Shown: in pieces, positions 50,181-59,697 of the stretch
Numbering within the stretch: the stretch's first letter is position 1
Layout of the letters: each line of letters starts with the position of its first letter
DNA from: Promethearchaeota archaeon
GTDB lineage: Archaea; Asgardarchaeota; Lokiarchaeia; Sigyniarchaeales; SOKP01
Length of the DNA stretch: 64,000 nucleotides
Direction of reading: 5' to 3'
Assembly (NCBI GenBank): GCA_008080735.1
Contig: SHMW01000004.1
Span: 1 to 64,000 of the forward strand
Program-made: the position numbers and the translations under genes
The notes under the pieces: model-generated
The model's database searches: none
Seen by the model: the letters and a program-made list of their open reading frames with translations, nothing else
What the model was told of the DNA's origin: nothing

Positions 50181-51481
50181 ATAATGATGAAAACAGAAAG
50201 ATATTGGATGTATGTATTGTTGGAGATGGCTTTGCCGGACTCAATTGCGCCCGCCTATTAGCCAAAAAGAGTATAAAGTGTGAAATTTTTTCAAAAGGCT
50301 ATGGGGCTTCACAATTATGGGTTGGAACCTTCGATTTCTTAAATTATGAAGGAGGATCTCTTCAAAATGCTTATAGTAGATTTATTAATGATTTTCCTGA
50401 CCACCCTTATAAGTATTTATCTTATGATGAGGTAAAACAATCATTTAATGAATTTTTTCAAGAATTTCCGGGATTCAACTATTTTCTCGAGCATGACAAT
50501 TTTGTAAATAAACAGGTACTTACTCTAATTGGTAATTTAAAACCATGTATAGGAATATGGCATTCGATTTTCAATGAGTTTGATGAGTTATCTCCAGACA
50601 CTACAATTCTTTTAATAGATTTTCACGAGTTTAATAATAGTGCAATGTACTTGGTTAAAAAAGGATTGGAAAGTAAATATGAATCCATTTTTAGCATCGT
50701 CAAACTATCTTTCACGGAAGTATTGACATGTTGGGGAATTGGCAAAGATGATAAAGAGTTAGACAACTTAAGCGATTTTAGGATTGGGAATTTTTTTGAT
50801 TCTAATTATGAAAATCTTCGTCCTTTTTGTGAGTATCTTCAAGACCAAGTGAAAAAATCTTATCCTGACTTAGAACAAGGAAGGGTCAAATATATCCTAT
50901 TTCCTCCTATTCTTGGAATTGATAAAAACTCTCAGATCATAAAATCATTAGGGAAGCTTCTTGGGATTCCATGTCGAGAAGTCGTGGCATTTTCTCCATC
51001 TTTAATGTCTAAAAGGCTGATGAAAATATTTGATTCCAAAATAGATTCATATTCCATTACCCGTAATAAAAGATTGGAGCTAGTAGATTTAAAAATAGCA
51101 AAAAATGAGGGAAAAAGAGTGTGGCAGCTCATTTTTAAAAACTCTAAAGGTGATGAGAAGATAATTTTCTCAAACTATGTTATATTTGCAATAGGATCTG
51201 TTTTTAAGACGGGATTGTTTGAATCTAAGCATAATCTTGAGCTAAAGTTGAAAAATTTAGATATTCAAATTCCTAATAACTTTTCTTCGAATTTCGAGAT
51301 TCAATTCTCGAATGGAACAACAGAATCAGGACTTTTTGCTTGCGGTGCTGCTTCCTATGTATTGTGTGAGAATTTGGACGATGATCTTGAAATTAAATAC
51401 GGAGCGGGCTTGGGTCTCGCAATTTCTACTTCATTTAGAATTTCCAATTATATAAGCGATAAAGTACAAAAAGAATTTTAA
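50177..51481 (+). CDS. glpB: Divergent GlpB-like flavoprotein subunit
   Basis: ATGA overlap with glpA; IVGDGFAG, PDHPY, FPPILG, GAGLGLAISTS. Confidence 0.7.
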   Translation: MNNDENRKILDVCIVGDGFAGLNCARLLAKKSIKCEIFSKGYGASQLWVGTFDFLNYEGGSLQNAYSRFINDFPDHPYKYLSYDEVKQSFNEFFQEFPGFNYFLEHDNFVNKQVLTLIGNLKPCIGIWHSIFNEFDELSPDTTILLIDFHEFNNSAMYLVKKGLESKYESIFSIVKLSFTEVLTCWGIGKDDKELDNLSDFRIGNFFDSNYENLRPFCEYLQDQVKKSYPDLEQGRVKYILFPPILGIDKNSQIIKSLGKLLGIPCREVVAFSPSLMSKRLMKIFDSKIDSYSITRNKRLELVDLKIAKNEGKRVWQLIFKNSKGDEKIIFSNYVIFAIGSVFKTGLFESKHNLELKLKNLDIQIPNNFSSNFEIQFSNGTTESGLFACGAASYVLCENLDDDLEIKYGAGLGLAISTSFRISNYISDKVQKEF

Positions 51482-51497
51482 AACGTATCTTTTTATC

Positions 51498-52298
51498 CTA
51501 TTTTACAATCCTTCTTTTGATCGCTATCTTATGCCCGATGTATGCTCCTCCAAGAGATGCGATGATAATAAAAGGCAAAAATGCTAAAATGATATAGATA
51601 AGCACCGGTTGCACAGACAAAAAGTACGTTATTATAATTATTATAAAATATATCAAGGCATTTATAAAGGATACTTTAAGATTCAGCGATAACAATCCTG
51701 AAATAAAATTTGCTATACCAAATACGATCACCAACTCCGCAAAAGAAAATAGGACTATCTGTGGTATCAAACGTGTTAAAATCTGCTCTATTGTAAAGAA
51801 GTTTGGATTTGGTGATAAAACTAAGTACTCTGTAGCAAAAATATTTAAAAGTGTAAACAAGATTGATAGTGGAGTTAATATAATCCAAGTCAATGCAAAG
51901 CGCACGGGAAGTGAATACGTGGTATAACGCTTCAGATTGGTTTGCAGTATCTCCTCGATATTACTCCTGTCTATCACTTCTAATTCATAATCAGGTGAAA
52001 ACTCATCAATAAAATCTTGTAATAAATCTTTTAAAAAGTTGCTAACCAATTCATTATTATCTTTTGAACTCACAATTGCCGCTCCGAAAATTTTTTCCTC
52101 TGGTTTTGGCTCGAGAATTAATTTATTATCCTCTCCAAGATCGACGAATTTAACCACGCTTTCAAGCGCTTCTCTGCTAAAATTCGCAACAGAGGCAAAA
52201 AAACCTATTAAAATATTATCATCATATGGTTGGTCCATAAAATTCTTCGAATATAAGAGAATGCCATTTCTTTTGAGTATATATACACTTTTTATCAT
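51498..52298 (-). CDS. Longin-like domain fused to about four C-terminal TM helices
   Basis: MIKSVYILKRNGILLYSKNF..ILIGFFASVANFSRE..FLKDLLQDFIDEF, then hydrophobic helices. Confidence 0.65.
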   Translation of the reverse strand: MIKSVYILKRNGILLYSKNFMDQPYDDNILIGFFASVANFSREALESVVKFVDLGEDNKLILEPKPEEKIFGAAIVSSKDNNELVSNFLKDLLQDFIDEFSPDYELEVIDRSNIEEILQTNLKRYTTYSLPVRFALTWIILTPLSILFTLLNIFATEYLVLSPNPNFFTIEQILTRLIPQIVLFSFAELVIVFGIANFISGLLSLNLKVSFINALIYFIIIIITYFLSVQPVLIYIILAFLPFIIIASLGGAYIGHKIAIKRRIVK

Positions 52299-52331
52299 TT
52301 TAATCCTCTTGAATATTTTTTAATGTTATTT

Positions 52332-54047
52332 TTAATATGTTAATTCTAAAAATTGAGCGACTTCTGTCAAGGATGCTCTATAACGTTTAAAACTATAAAG
52401 ATCTGGTCCAAATATATGGATTAATTTTTTTATTATCTCATTAGGCGCTTCTTTAGGAAATAGTTTGTATTTTTCGTATTTTCTTTCTTCAATTACTATT
52501 GCTGATTTCAGCTCAAATAATTTGTTAATTGCTTCAGTATTTGGATAATTCAGTTCCACGGTAATCAATTCCCCAGATTGAGGTATTTTTTCTATGAGTT
52601 CTTCTTTGGTTCCACATTCTAAACCTTTTTCTGTAATAGTTAGTACCTTATCACAATCAGAAATAATGGTTTCTGGACCGTGAACTATTAATGCTACATG
52701 AAACTCTCTTTTTACATCTTCTAAATATTTCTTAAATTTCTCGTATTGGAGCCGATTTAAAATACCCTTTGGAAGTGAGAACATAATGATATCAGGAGAT
52801 TGTATAAGAGCCCGAGCAATACAAAATAGAAAATAATCTAACGCTTTTAAATCAGATACTGTATTTTTTCTTTTATTATACACTCCCGTAATTTGAAGTG
52901 CCCTCTTCCTAAGTTGTCGTCTTTCGCGATAATCCTGTAGAAATGATACGCTTTTCCAAAAAGGTCCTTTCGTCATCCATTCATCAAACAGAGTTGTAAG
53001 CTCAGACTCTCGTAAAATATTCATAAATTCTTCTTTGCTCCGTTGTCCCTTTATCTTTGTTTCCACATTATATTTAATCGCCTTTTTCAGCTTCATGCCC
53101 GCCATTTTAGAATCAATTGCTTCAGGAACAATGAATATCTTTTCTAAATCCTCTTCAGTGGTTAACTGAATAAATTTACCGAATATTTTTATAGTACCCG
53201 AAAACTGATGGCTTTTTCCTGCGATCGTAGAAAAAAATCTCATTATATTAATCTGTTCTCTACTTGATTCTGAGGAACCTTCATATAAAATTCCTAATGA
53301 TTGTCCTCTCGTAAGCCTAAAACTTATATCTTCCAATTCATCGCTGATTGAGACATCTTCTAATAAAAGATGTTGATAATTTTTGTAAAAATTCCGAATC
53401 TCTAAAATAGATAGAATAATATCTATTAATTCCTCAATTAAATCGATAATATGAGGTGGATTTAACTCATCCCAATTTCTAATAATATCTAATTGGGAAA
53501 ACTCTTCTAGTTTTATTATTCGGGACAGAAAACGTGAGAAATTTATATTTGGTTGAAGCGGGTAATTTTCAAAATTGATATCCAATTGTACATAAAACCC
53601 TGGAAAATAAATTCTTACTCTTCGATGATAAGGTATCTGGTCGAGTTGATAATTCTCAAAATTATCATTGAGAAGTTCTAATTCTCTATCTACTTCTTTT
53701 AAATGGTGTTGAAATTCCCTCTCGATTAATTTATCAATTCTCTGAATGATTTTTCTTGGACTTATTAAACCATCCTCGTCAAAATCCGGTTCGACCAAGA
53801 TTTCATTAAAATCTACTGTCGTTTCTATTGGGGTATTGATTTTTAATAGTGGAACACCTTTTTCTAATACATCCGTGTTAGTAAAGAATAAAACCTCGAT
53901 AAAACTTTTTTTATATTCTAAATCTAAAACGGTCGCTAATCCAAAGGTCCCTTGCCGAAAGATTAACCAATATTTTTCTGAAAACCGAATTGCATCAGTT
54001 ATTTTTTTTCTGAGAATTTCTAATTCTTCTTTCCTTGTTCTACTCAA
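52332..54047 (-). CDS. UEV/RWD-like domain(s) fused to a degenerate ABC ATPase domain
   Basis: LDINFENYPLQPNINF..NWDELNPPHIIDLIEEL; ABC-like ISFRLTRGQSLGIL and IARALIQSPDIIMFSLP without Walker A lysine or Walker B DE; likely TTG start 54047 overlaps the upstream stop. Confidence 0.65.
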   Translation of the reverse strand: MSRTRKEELEILRKKITDAIRFSEKYWLIFRQGTFGLATVLDLEYKKSFIEVLFFTNTDVLEKGVPLLKINTPIETTVDFNEILVEPDFDEDGLISPRKIIQRIDKLIEREFQHHLKEVDRELELLNDNFENYQLDQIPYHRRVRIYFPGFYVQLDINFENYPLQPNINFSRFLSRIIKLEEFSQLDIIRNWDELNPPHIIDLIEELIDIILSILEIRNFYKNYQHLLLEDVSISDELEDISFRLTRGQSLGILYEGSSESSREQINIMRFFSTIAGKSHQFSGTIKIFGKFIQLTTEEDLEKIFIVPEAIDSKMAGMKLKKAIKYNVETKIKGQRSKEEFMNILRESELTTLFDEWMTKGPFWKSVSFLQDYRERRQLRKRALQITGVYNKRKNTVSDLKALDYFLFCIARALIQSPDIIMFSLPKGILNRLQYEKFKKYLEDVKREFHVALIVHGPETIISDCDKVLTITEKGLECGTKEELIEKIPQSGELITVELNYPNTEAINKLFELKSAIVIEERKYEKYKLFPKEAPNEIIKKLIHIFGPDLYSFKRYRASLTEVAQFLELTY

Positions 54048-57000
54048 TTTCTGGCACCTCCATTGCTCTAAATCTAAAGTATTGTTCCATAACACTGTCC
54101 GATTGCTTTAATCCAAGTATACTGTTTTCTCCAAACGTTTTTTCTAGCTCCTCGCGAACTTCATTCAAATTAAGGTTCGTGAGCAATGCAAAATCCGTCC
54201 CTACCTTATTTTCCAATGCCTTGTCTATTCCTTCAATTTTCTCTAATCTCTCAACAGCATCTTCTTGAATATCGTAGAAGAAAAGCTCAATAGTTCTCCC
54301 ATCACCGGGTAATTGAGACAATAGTTGTCTAGGCGTGCCAAAATCGATCATACCCCTTCCTCTTCCAAATACAACTACTTTATTACAGAATCGTGATTCT
54401 TCAGGATAATGACTGATTACTATTAAGGTGGTATTATATTTCTCATTAATTTGAGTAAGTGCGAGCCATAAATTCTCACGCACAACTGGGTCTAAGCCCG
54501 AAGTAGGCTCGTCCAGTATGCAAAAGATTGGATTATGAATCAGACCCATAGCAATACTCACCCGACGCTTCTGCCCACCCGATAGATTTTTTACAAGCTC
54601 ATTCATCTTATCTTCAATTTCGAGACTTCGAAGAAGTCGTTTGGACTTGCTTACTATTTCTTTTTCGGTTAGACCATATTGCTTTCCAAAATAGATAAGG
54701 TTTTGCAGAGTAGTAAAATCAGTATAGATCTTGCCTAAATCTTGAGGAACATAACCATAAATAGGTCTAATTTTCCGTTTATTTTTTTTTACATCCATTC
54801 CATAAATTTCACATATTCCCGTATATTTGCGCATTCCTAATAAAGCTTTTACGAAGGTGGACTTACCCGCTCCACTTTCTCCTAAAACGCCCAATATCTC
54901 ACCGTGTTCTAATTCAAGCGAAACACCATCCACAATTAGTTTCTTTCCGATATAAATATCTAAATTTTCACAATAAACCGCTGAAAAACGTTTAAGATAA
55001 TTTATATTTAAATCTCCTTCTAGTCCGATCATTGACTTTAAAATTTTCATCACGCGTTCATTAAGATAAGACAATATACTGATGACGATGAAAGCTACTA
55101 TGAGCAGTGCTTCTGATATCATTAACCATATTAATAAATTACTCCACGGCAATGGATCAAATGCCTGGTCATATCGAATTTCATCTATGATCACTAAACC
55201 ATATGGCGTGTTTCTTAAATCGCCCCCAAATGATGGAATATCGCCAACCCCTCCCGTATTTAGACTAATGCATCGTCTATACCATTCGGTAAGAGTTTTG
55301 ATATCTTCGGGTTGTGAACGATATCGATATAAAGCAATCGAACCTAAATAGGTAGATATGAATGAGGAGGGTAATTCAGTTAATTGGGAAAGAAACGGGA
55401 TAATATTAAAGCTCCCCTCCTCTTTTTGGGCGCCTTTTAAAAATTCTATTGCAGCAATTTTAGAAAGAGGTTCTAAATTCAATATTTTATGAATTTCCAA
55501 TCCATAATATGTAGAGATTACATCCGAATGAAATCCGTGAATAATGGAAAATCCTCCATCGGGATTCTGTCCAGAAGAGATCCAGTGAGTAAGAGTATTT
55601 TGATCTATTAGATTAAGAGCATTTAGATCATTCAAACTTTTAATTGCCCAATAGGTACTTTCTGTGGTGGAAATATTCGTGTCAATCAGATCTTTAAGAA
55701 GTAACTCATAAGCAGGTCCGAAATATGATAAAAGTAACTCAAAATCCTCCCCAAGTTTGAATCCTCCATCCGGATTCTGTAAATTAGCTAAATAATTGAC
55801 TGTTGCGGTCACATTTGGGAGATTTTGAAGCGTATACGGTTTAAATAACTGGTATAGAAATACAGCGCAGTAAGTGGAAAATATTGATGAATTAGCTAAA
55901 GGTTGGGAGCCGAATCCCCCATCCTCGGGATTATAACACGAATTTACAAAATTTATTATGCTATTTATATCTATGTATGTTATATATTTTTCTGAATTCC
56001 AATTATAAAGAGCCAAAACGCCGAGATAATTGATTTGAAGATTCGTCTCACCGATGAGACCATTGAAGGCTTGATATTCATACAACCAATTATAATAGTT
56101 TATTTTAAAAGAATCATCAATTACTAAACTACCATTTTTTTCTAATAAAAAGATTGAATTCATTCCACCCCATCCCGATGTGAAATCGGAAACGTTTATC
56201 GCCCAATGAGGACCAAATCCGCCGTCCAAATTAGTACAATTTGTTACAAATTCTTTAGTTTGTGTTTGATTAATAAAAAAACTATTATTAAAATGATAAA
56301 TATTCCATAATGAATAATAAGTTGCCGATATGTCTGAAATCGCGGCTTGAGTAGATGATCTGAACCCCCCATCCAATGGATTATACAATAGATTATAATA
56401 TCCGAAAATTGCTAATTCTTCTGAAGAATTATATGTATACCCCATTTCTAAATACGCTCGAACGCCATAATATGTGGTTTCAGCGGTCACTGTCGTATAG
56501 GAACGATTAGAATACCTATAACTCCCAGAAAATCCTATTGAGTAGTTCCCTAACAATTTAATATAAGCGGTAATAGACGCATTATTCGTTTCGAGAATAG
56601 AGTTAGCGTTGAGTCTTTTTACGAGCTTAATTGCATAGTATGTAGAGATGATATCTGCCTCGGGGACTTCCTCATTATATTTAAATCCCATCCCCCCTTC
56701 ATCTAATGAATTATTGATGTAATCGATTGTCCGATTTATTCTATCTTGATGCTCGGGTGCATCTAAATAACTCCCGTTGAGCAAATCGATCGTTTCAATA
56801 ACCTTATATGTAGAATACATATCGCCAAGACCTCCTATATCAGAATAAGACCCATCGGGATTTTGTTTTTCAAATAAATAATCTAAGAAAAATTCCCGCT
56901 TACTCTCGCTTAGGTTGGGATTATTCACAGGATGGACAAAATGAGATGTGTTAAATAATGGACTGGAAAAATTAATGGAATCGATAGCTCGATAATTCGA

Positions 57001-57207
57001 ATCTATTGTTGGTTCTACGAACAAGTTGTCGGGATTTTGATGAGTGCCAGAAAAATACGCCATATTGTTTTTATAGCTTTTCACTTGAGCTTCACTAAAA
57101 TATTCAATAAACGGAATATTGATTAATCCTAATACAATTAATTCTCCGATGAACAACCCGATAATCAATAATAAATACTTGATTCGGCGTTTTTTCTTTC
57201 TGTCTAT
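54040..57207 (-). CDS. Signal anchor + prenyltransferase/squalene-oxidase repeat domain + TM + intact ABC ATPase
   Basis: Repeats QNPDGSY, NPLDGGF, NLDGGFG, NPEDGGFG, QNPDGGF x2; GESGAGKST, LSGGQ, LDEPTSGLD, ISH; start either TTG 57168 or ATA 57207. Confidence 0.85.
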   Translation of the reverse strand: MDRKKKRRIKYLLLIIGLFIGELIVLGLINIPFIEYFSEAQVKSYKNNMAYFSGTHQNPDNLFVEPTIDSNYRAIDSINFSSPLFNTSHFVHPVNNPNLSESKREFFLDYLFEKQNPDGSYSDIGGLGDMYSTYKVIETIDLLNGSYLDAPEHQDRINRTIDYINNSLDEGGMGFKYNEEVPEADIISTYYAIKLVKRLNANSILETNNASITAYIKLLGNYSIGFSGSYRYSNRSYTTVTAETTYYGVRAYLEMGYTYNSSEELAIFGYYNLLYNPLDGGFRSSTQAAISDISATYYSLWNIYHFNNSFFINQTQTKEFVTNCTNLDGGFGPHWAINVSDFTSGWGGMNSIFLLEKNGSLVIDDSFKINYYNWLYEYQAFNGLIGETNLQINYLGVLALYNWNSEKYITYIDINSIINFVNSCYNPEDGGFGSQPLANSSIFSTYCAVFLYQLFKPYTLQNLPNVTATVNYLANLQNPDGGFKLGEDFELLLSYFGPAYELLLKDLIDTNISTTESTYWAIKSLNDLNALNLIDQNTLTHWISSGQNPDGGFSIIHGFHSDVISTYYGLEIHKILNLEPLSKIAAIEFLKGAQKEEGSFNIIPFLSQLTELPSSFISTYLGSIALYRYRSQPEDIKTLTEWYRRCISLNTGGVGDIPSFGGDLRNTPYGLVIIDEIRYDQAFDPLPWSNLLIWLMISEALLIVAFIVISILSYLNERVMKILKSMIGLEGDLNINYLKRFSAVYCENLDIYIGKKLIVDGVSLELEHGEILGVLGESGAGKSTFVKALLGMRKYTGICEIYGMDVKKNKRKIRPIYGYVPQDLGKIYTDFTTLQNLIYFGKQYGLTEKEIVSKSKRLLRSLEIEDKMNELVKNLSGGQKRRVSIAMGLIHNPIFCILDEPTSGLDPVVRENLWLALTQINEKYNTTLIVISHYPEESRFCNKVVVFGRGRGMIDFGTPRQLLSQLPGDGRTIELFFYDIQEDAVERLEKIEGIDKALENKVGTDFALLTNLNLNEVREELEKTFGENSILGLKQSDSVMEQYFRFRAMEVPEIE

Positions 57208-57238
57208 TATTATTCACCTGGTTTATGTATTGCTTTTT

Positions 57239-58269
57239 CTACTTTTCTAATAATTCTAATCTATCTTTCTCTTCCTCTCTTTTGATTCGTAATTGGAAAT
57301 AACGTCTAAAATTTGCAACATCTCTGCTCATTGCCATTATCTTGACTTCTCTTTCCAGTAAATAGTCGATAAGAGGGAGTAAATTTTCCTCGAAATCTTC
57401 TAAAAATACCTCGACTACATCATTACCTACTCGAGATACTTCTTCACAATGCTCAAAATCCGCTATTATATCAATGATCTCTCCTGTGAGGTTTTCAATC
57501 GATAATCTCGCTAGTAATCCATTGCTTGGTAGAGAGGAAATTAAATTATGGGGGGTATCGAAATCAAGTAATTTTCCTTTCCTTAAGATTGCGGTCTTAT
57601 CACAGACAAGTGCCGCCTCTAAATCATGTGTGATGATAAACATTGTAGTCCCTAGTTTTCGGTTTAATTTCTTAAGATAATTAAGGATATCATAACGCTT
57701 ATTGGCGTCTACACCTTTTATCCAAATTAATTGAGATAATTAATTTGTGTGGTAGGTTCATCTAAAAATAAGACGCCTGGATTATGAATAAGCCCTATAG
57801 CCATTGAGACTCTCTTTTTTTCTCCTCCACTAAGACTTTTTAGTGGGTTTTTCCATGTATCTTCGGGAATATCAAGTATAGAAAATAACTCTCTAGCACG
57901 TTTTCTTGCGTCCTTTTTTGTCATCCCGTAATTTGATCCGAATATTTCTACATTAACTAGCGGGGAAAGTTCATAATAGAGATTTAGTAATTCTAACTGT
58001 GGAACATAACCAATATTACTTAATATCTCAGAGTGATTTCTTTTCTTAGCAGGATTCAGACCAGTGACCATTATATCACCTGACCAATTGTTTTTCTTGA
58101 TTTGACAAGTTAGAACTCTAATTATAGTTGTCTTTCCAGCTCCAGATATTCCAAATAATCCAATTAATTCCTTTTTTTTAACATTGAAAGATACATTATG
58201 AATAATTTGAGAATCACCAAAAAACACATTAAGATTCTCAACATCAACAGATACTTGATTTAAAATCAA
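57239..58269 (-). CDS. ABC ATP-binding protein interrupted by a 32-nt candidate intron; join(57749..58269, 57239..57716), 332 aa if spliced
   Basis: GISGAGKTT, LSGGE, LFLDEPTT in the 5' part; GVDANKRYDILNYLKKLNRKLGTTMFIITHDLE resumes in another frame 32 nt later. Confidence 0.85.
57717..57748 (-). other. Candidate BHB-type mRNA intron (32 nt)
   Basis: ACAAATTAATTATCTCAATTAATTTGGATAAA; 10-bp perfect stem with ATCTC loop; bulges AC|A and AA|A flank TACC/GATA; removal restores frame and D-loop. Confidence 0.8.
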
Positions 58270-58476
58270 ACACCACCACTAAGTAGGAAGTTTTTCTCAT
58301 TTTCATTACAATAAATTATACCTAAATTAGTAAACATTACTTTAATTAATGATTTAATGATATTTACAATTTTTAAAATTATGTTAATAAGAAAATTGTT
58401 TAAATTATTTTATTTTTTGTGGGATTTTGACTACTCTTAAAACTCTAAATAACCCGAGAGAATTTTTAAATGAAAT

Positions 58477-59697
58477 TTACTTATTATATCGTTTTAATAT
58501 CAAATGAATCCAATTAATAGTATTAATAAAAATATTGGGAGTGGTATCTGAGTCTTGTGGTGTGGAATGCGAACCATAATTTGATAAAATTCCAAAAGTT
58601 TTATAAACTGAAGATCTTTCAATATGAGTGTCTTGTTTATTTTCAGGAGTTTCTTTTAGGATTTTATGTTTTTCCAGCGTTTCTAGATTTTTCATCATAT
58701 TTTTTGGCTTTTTCCCGAAGCTTTTGATAATTTCTTTCACCACCCCTCAAGAACATTTTTAATCAATGATAAGGGTGCTTTACGTTTGGAGTCAAACAAT
58801 TCCTGCGCTTCATTAAAATCTCGAAGAGCAGTTTTAAAATTGTATTTAATTAATAGCTGATTAATTTCTTTTATTTCTCTTTTAAATTGATCCACAATTT
58901 TTTGTTTTAATATGTCATTCTGTGTTTTGCATTTCTCAGTGTTAAAGTCTTCAATATTTTCTGTAGCTCTTTGGCATACCTTTGTTCCGTTTTCTTTAAT
59001 TTCTATTAATTCATTTAATCTAGGTTCAAAAGTACTATTTTCGAGGATTTTATTTATTTTATCTAATATTTTAGGTAATTCTTGAAAATTCTCTTTATAT
59101 TTTCCCCTTAATTCTTTCTTTGATAATTTATCTAAAATATTTCTAAATATAGTTAGAGCTTCGGCATAATTTCTATAACTTTGAAGGTATTTATCTAATT
59201 TATAATAAATTTCTCCTAAAATTAAGAAATTTTTGACTTTAAGTTTAATATCCCCTATTTCCTTACTAATATCAATTGATTTCTTAGCAAAATTAATAGC
59301 TTTATTATTTTCTCCTTTACTTTTATAAATCACTGCTAAATCGTAATATGTTGCACAGATTTCTCGTCTAATATTACTTTCTTGAGCAATCTTTAAGGCA
59401 TTTAGAGTAGATTGCTCAGATCTCTCGTAATTCCCTTTTCTGAGATAAATCTTCCCTAAATCTAATAAAACTATGATCTTGCAGCCCTTTAAATTATTCC
59501 CTTCACTATATTCTAACATATAATACAATATCTCCTCTTCATTATCGAACTCTTCAAGAGTTCCTAAAGTTGAAAGAATATTTATAAAAAATGTAAGAAT
59601 TCTATCAGAATCTTGAATATTTTCATAAGAATTTAATGCTAGATTTATATAATTGTTAAATTGATCTATATCTCTCAATTCGAGATAAATATCAGAT
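58477..59697 (-). pseudogene. 5'-truncated TPR-repeat gene with a frameshifted C-terminal helical (Abi_C/HEPN-like?) domain
   Basis: TPRs LDLGKIYLRKGNYERS, YYDLAVIYKSKGENNKAI, LILGEIYYKLDKY; frame open back to the junction near 59700; frameshift in GAGGGGTGGTG near 58740 links to VVKEIIKSF..ILSNYGSHS. Confidence 0.6.

Noticed and set aside
57716-57753. Translational bypassing instead of splicing at the 32-nt insert
   Set aside because: No matched take-off and landing codon (ACA versus AAA) and the stop is not adjacent to take-off; BHB geometry predicts the exact boundaries. Not formally excluded.
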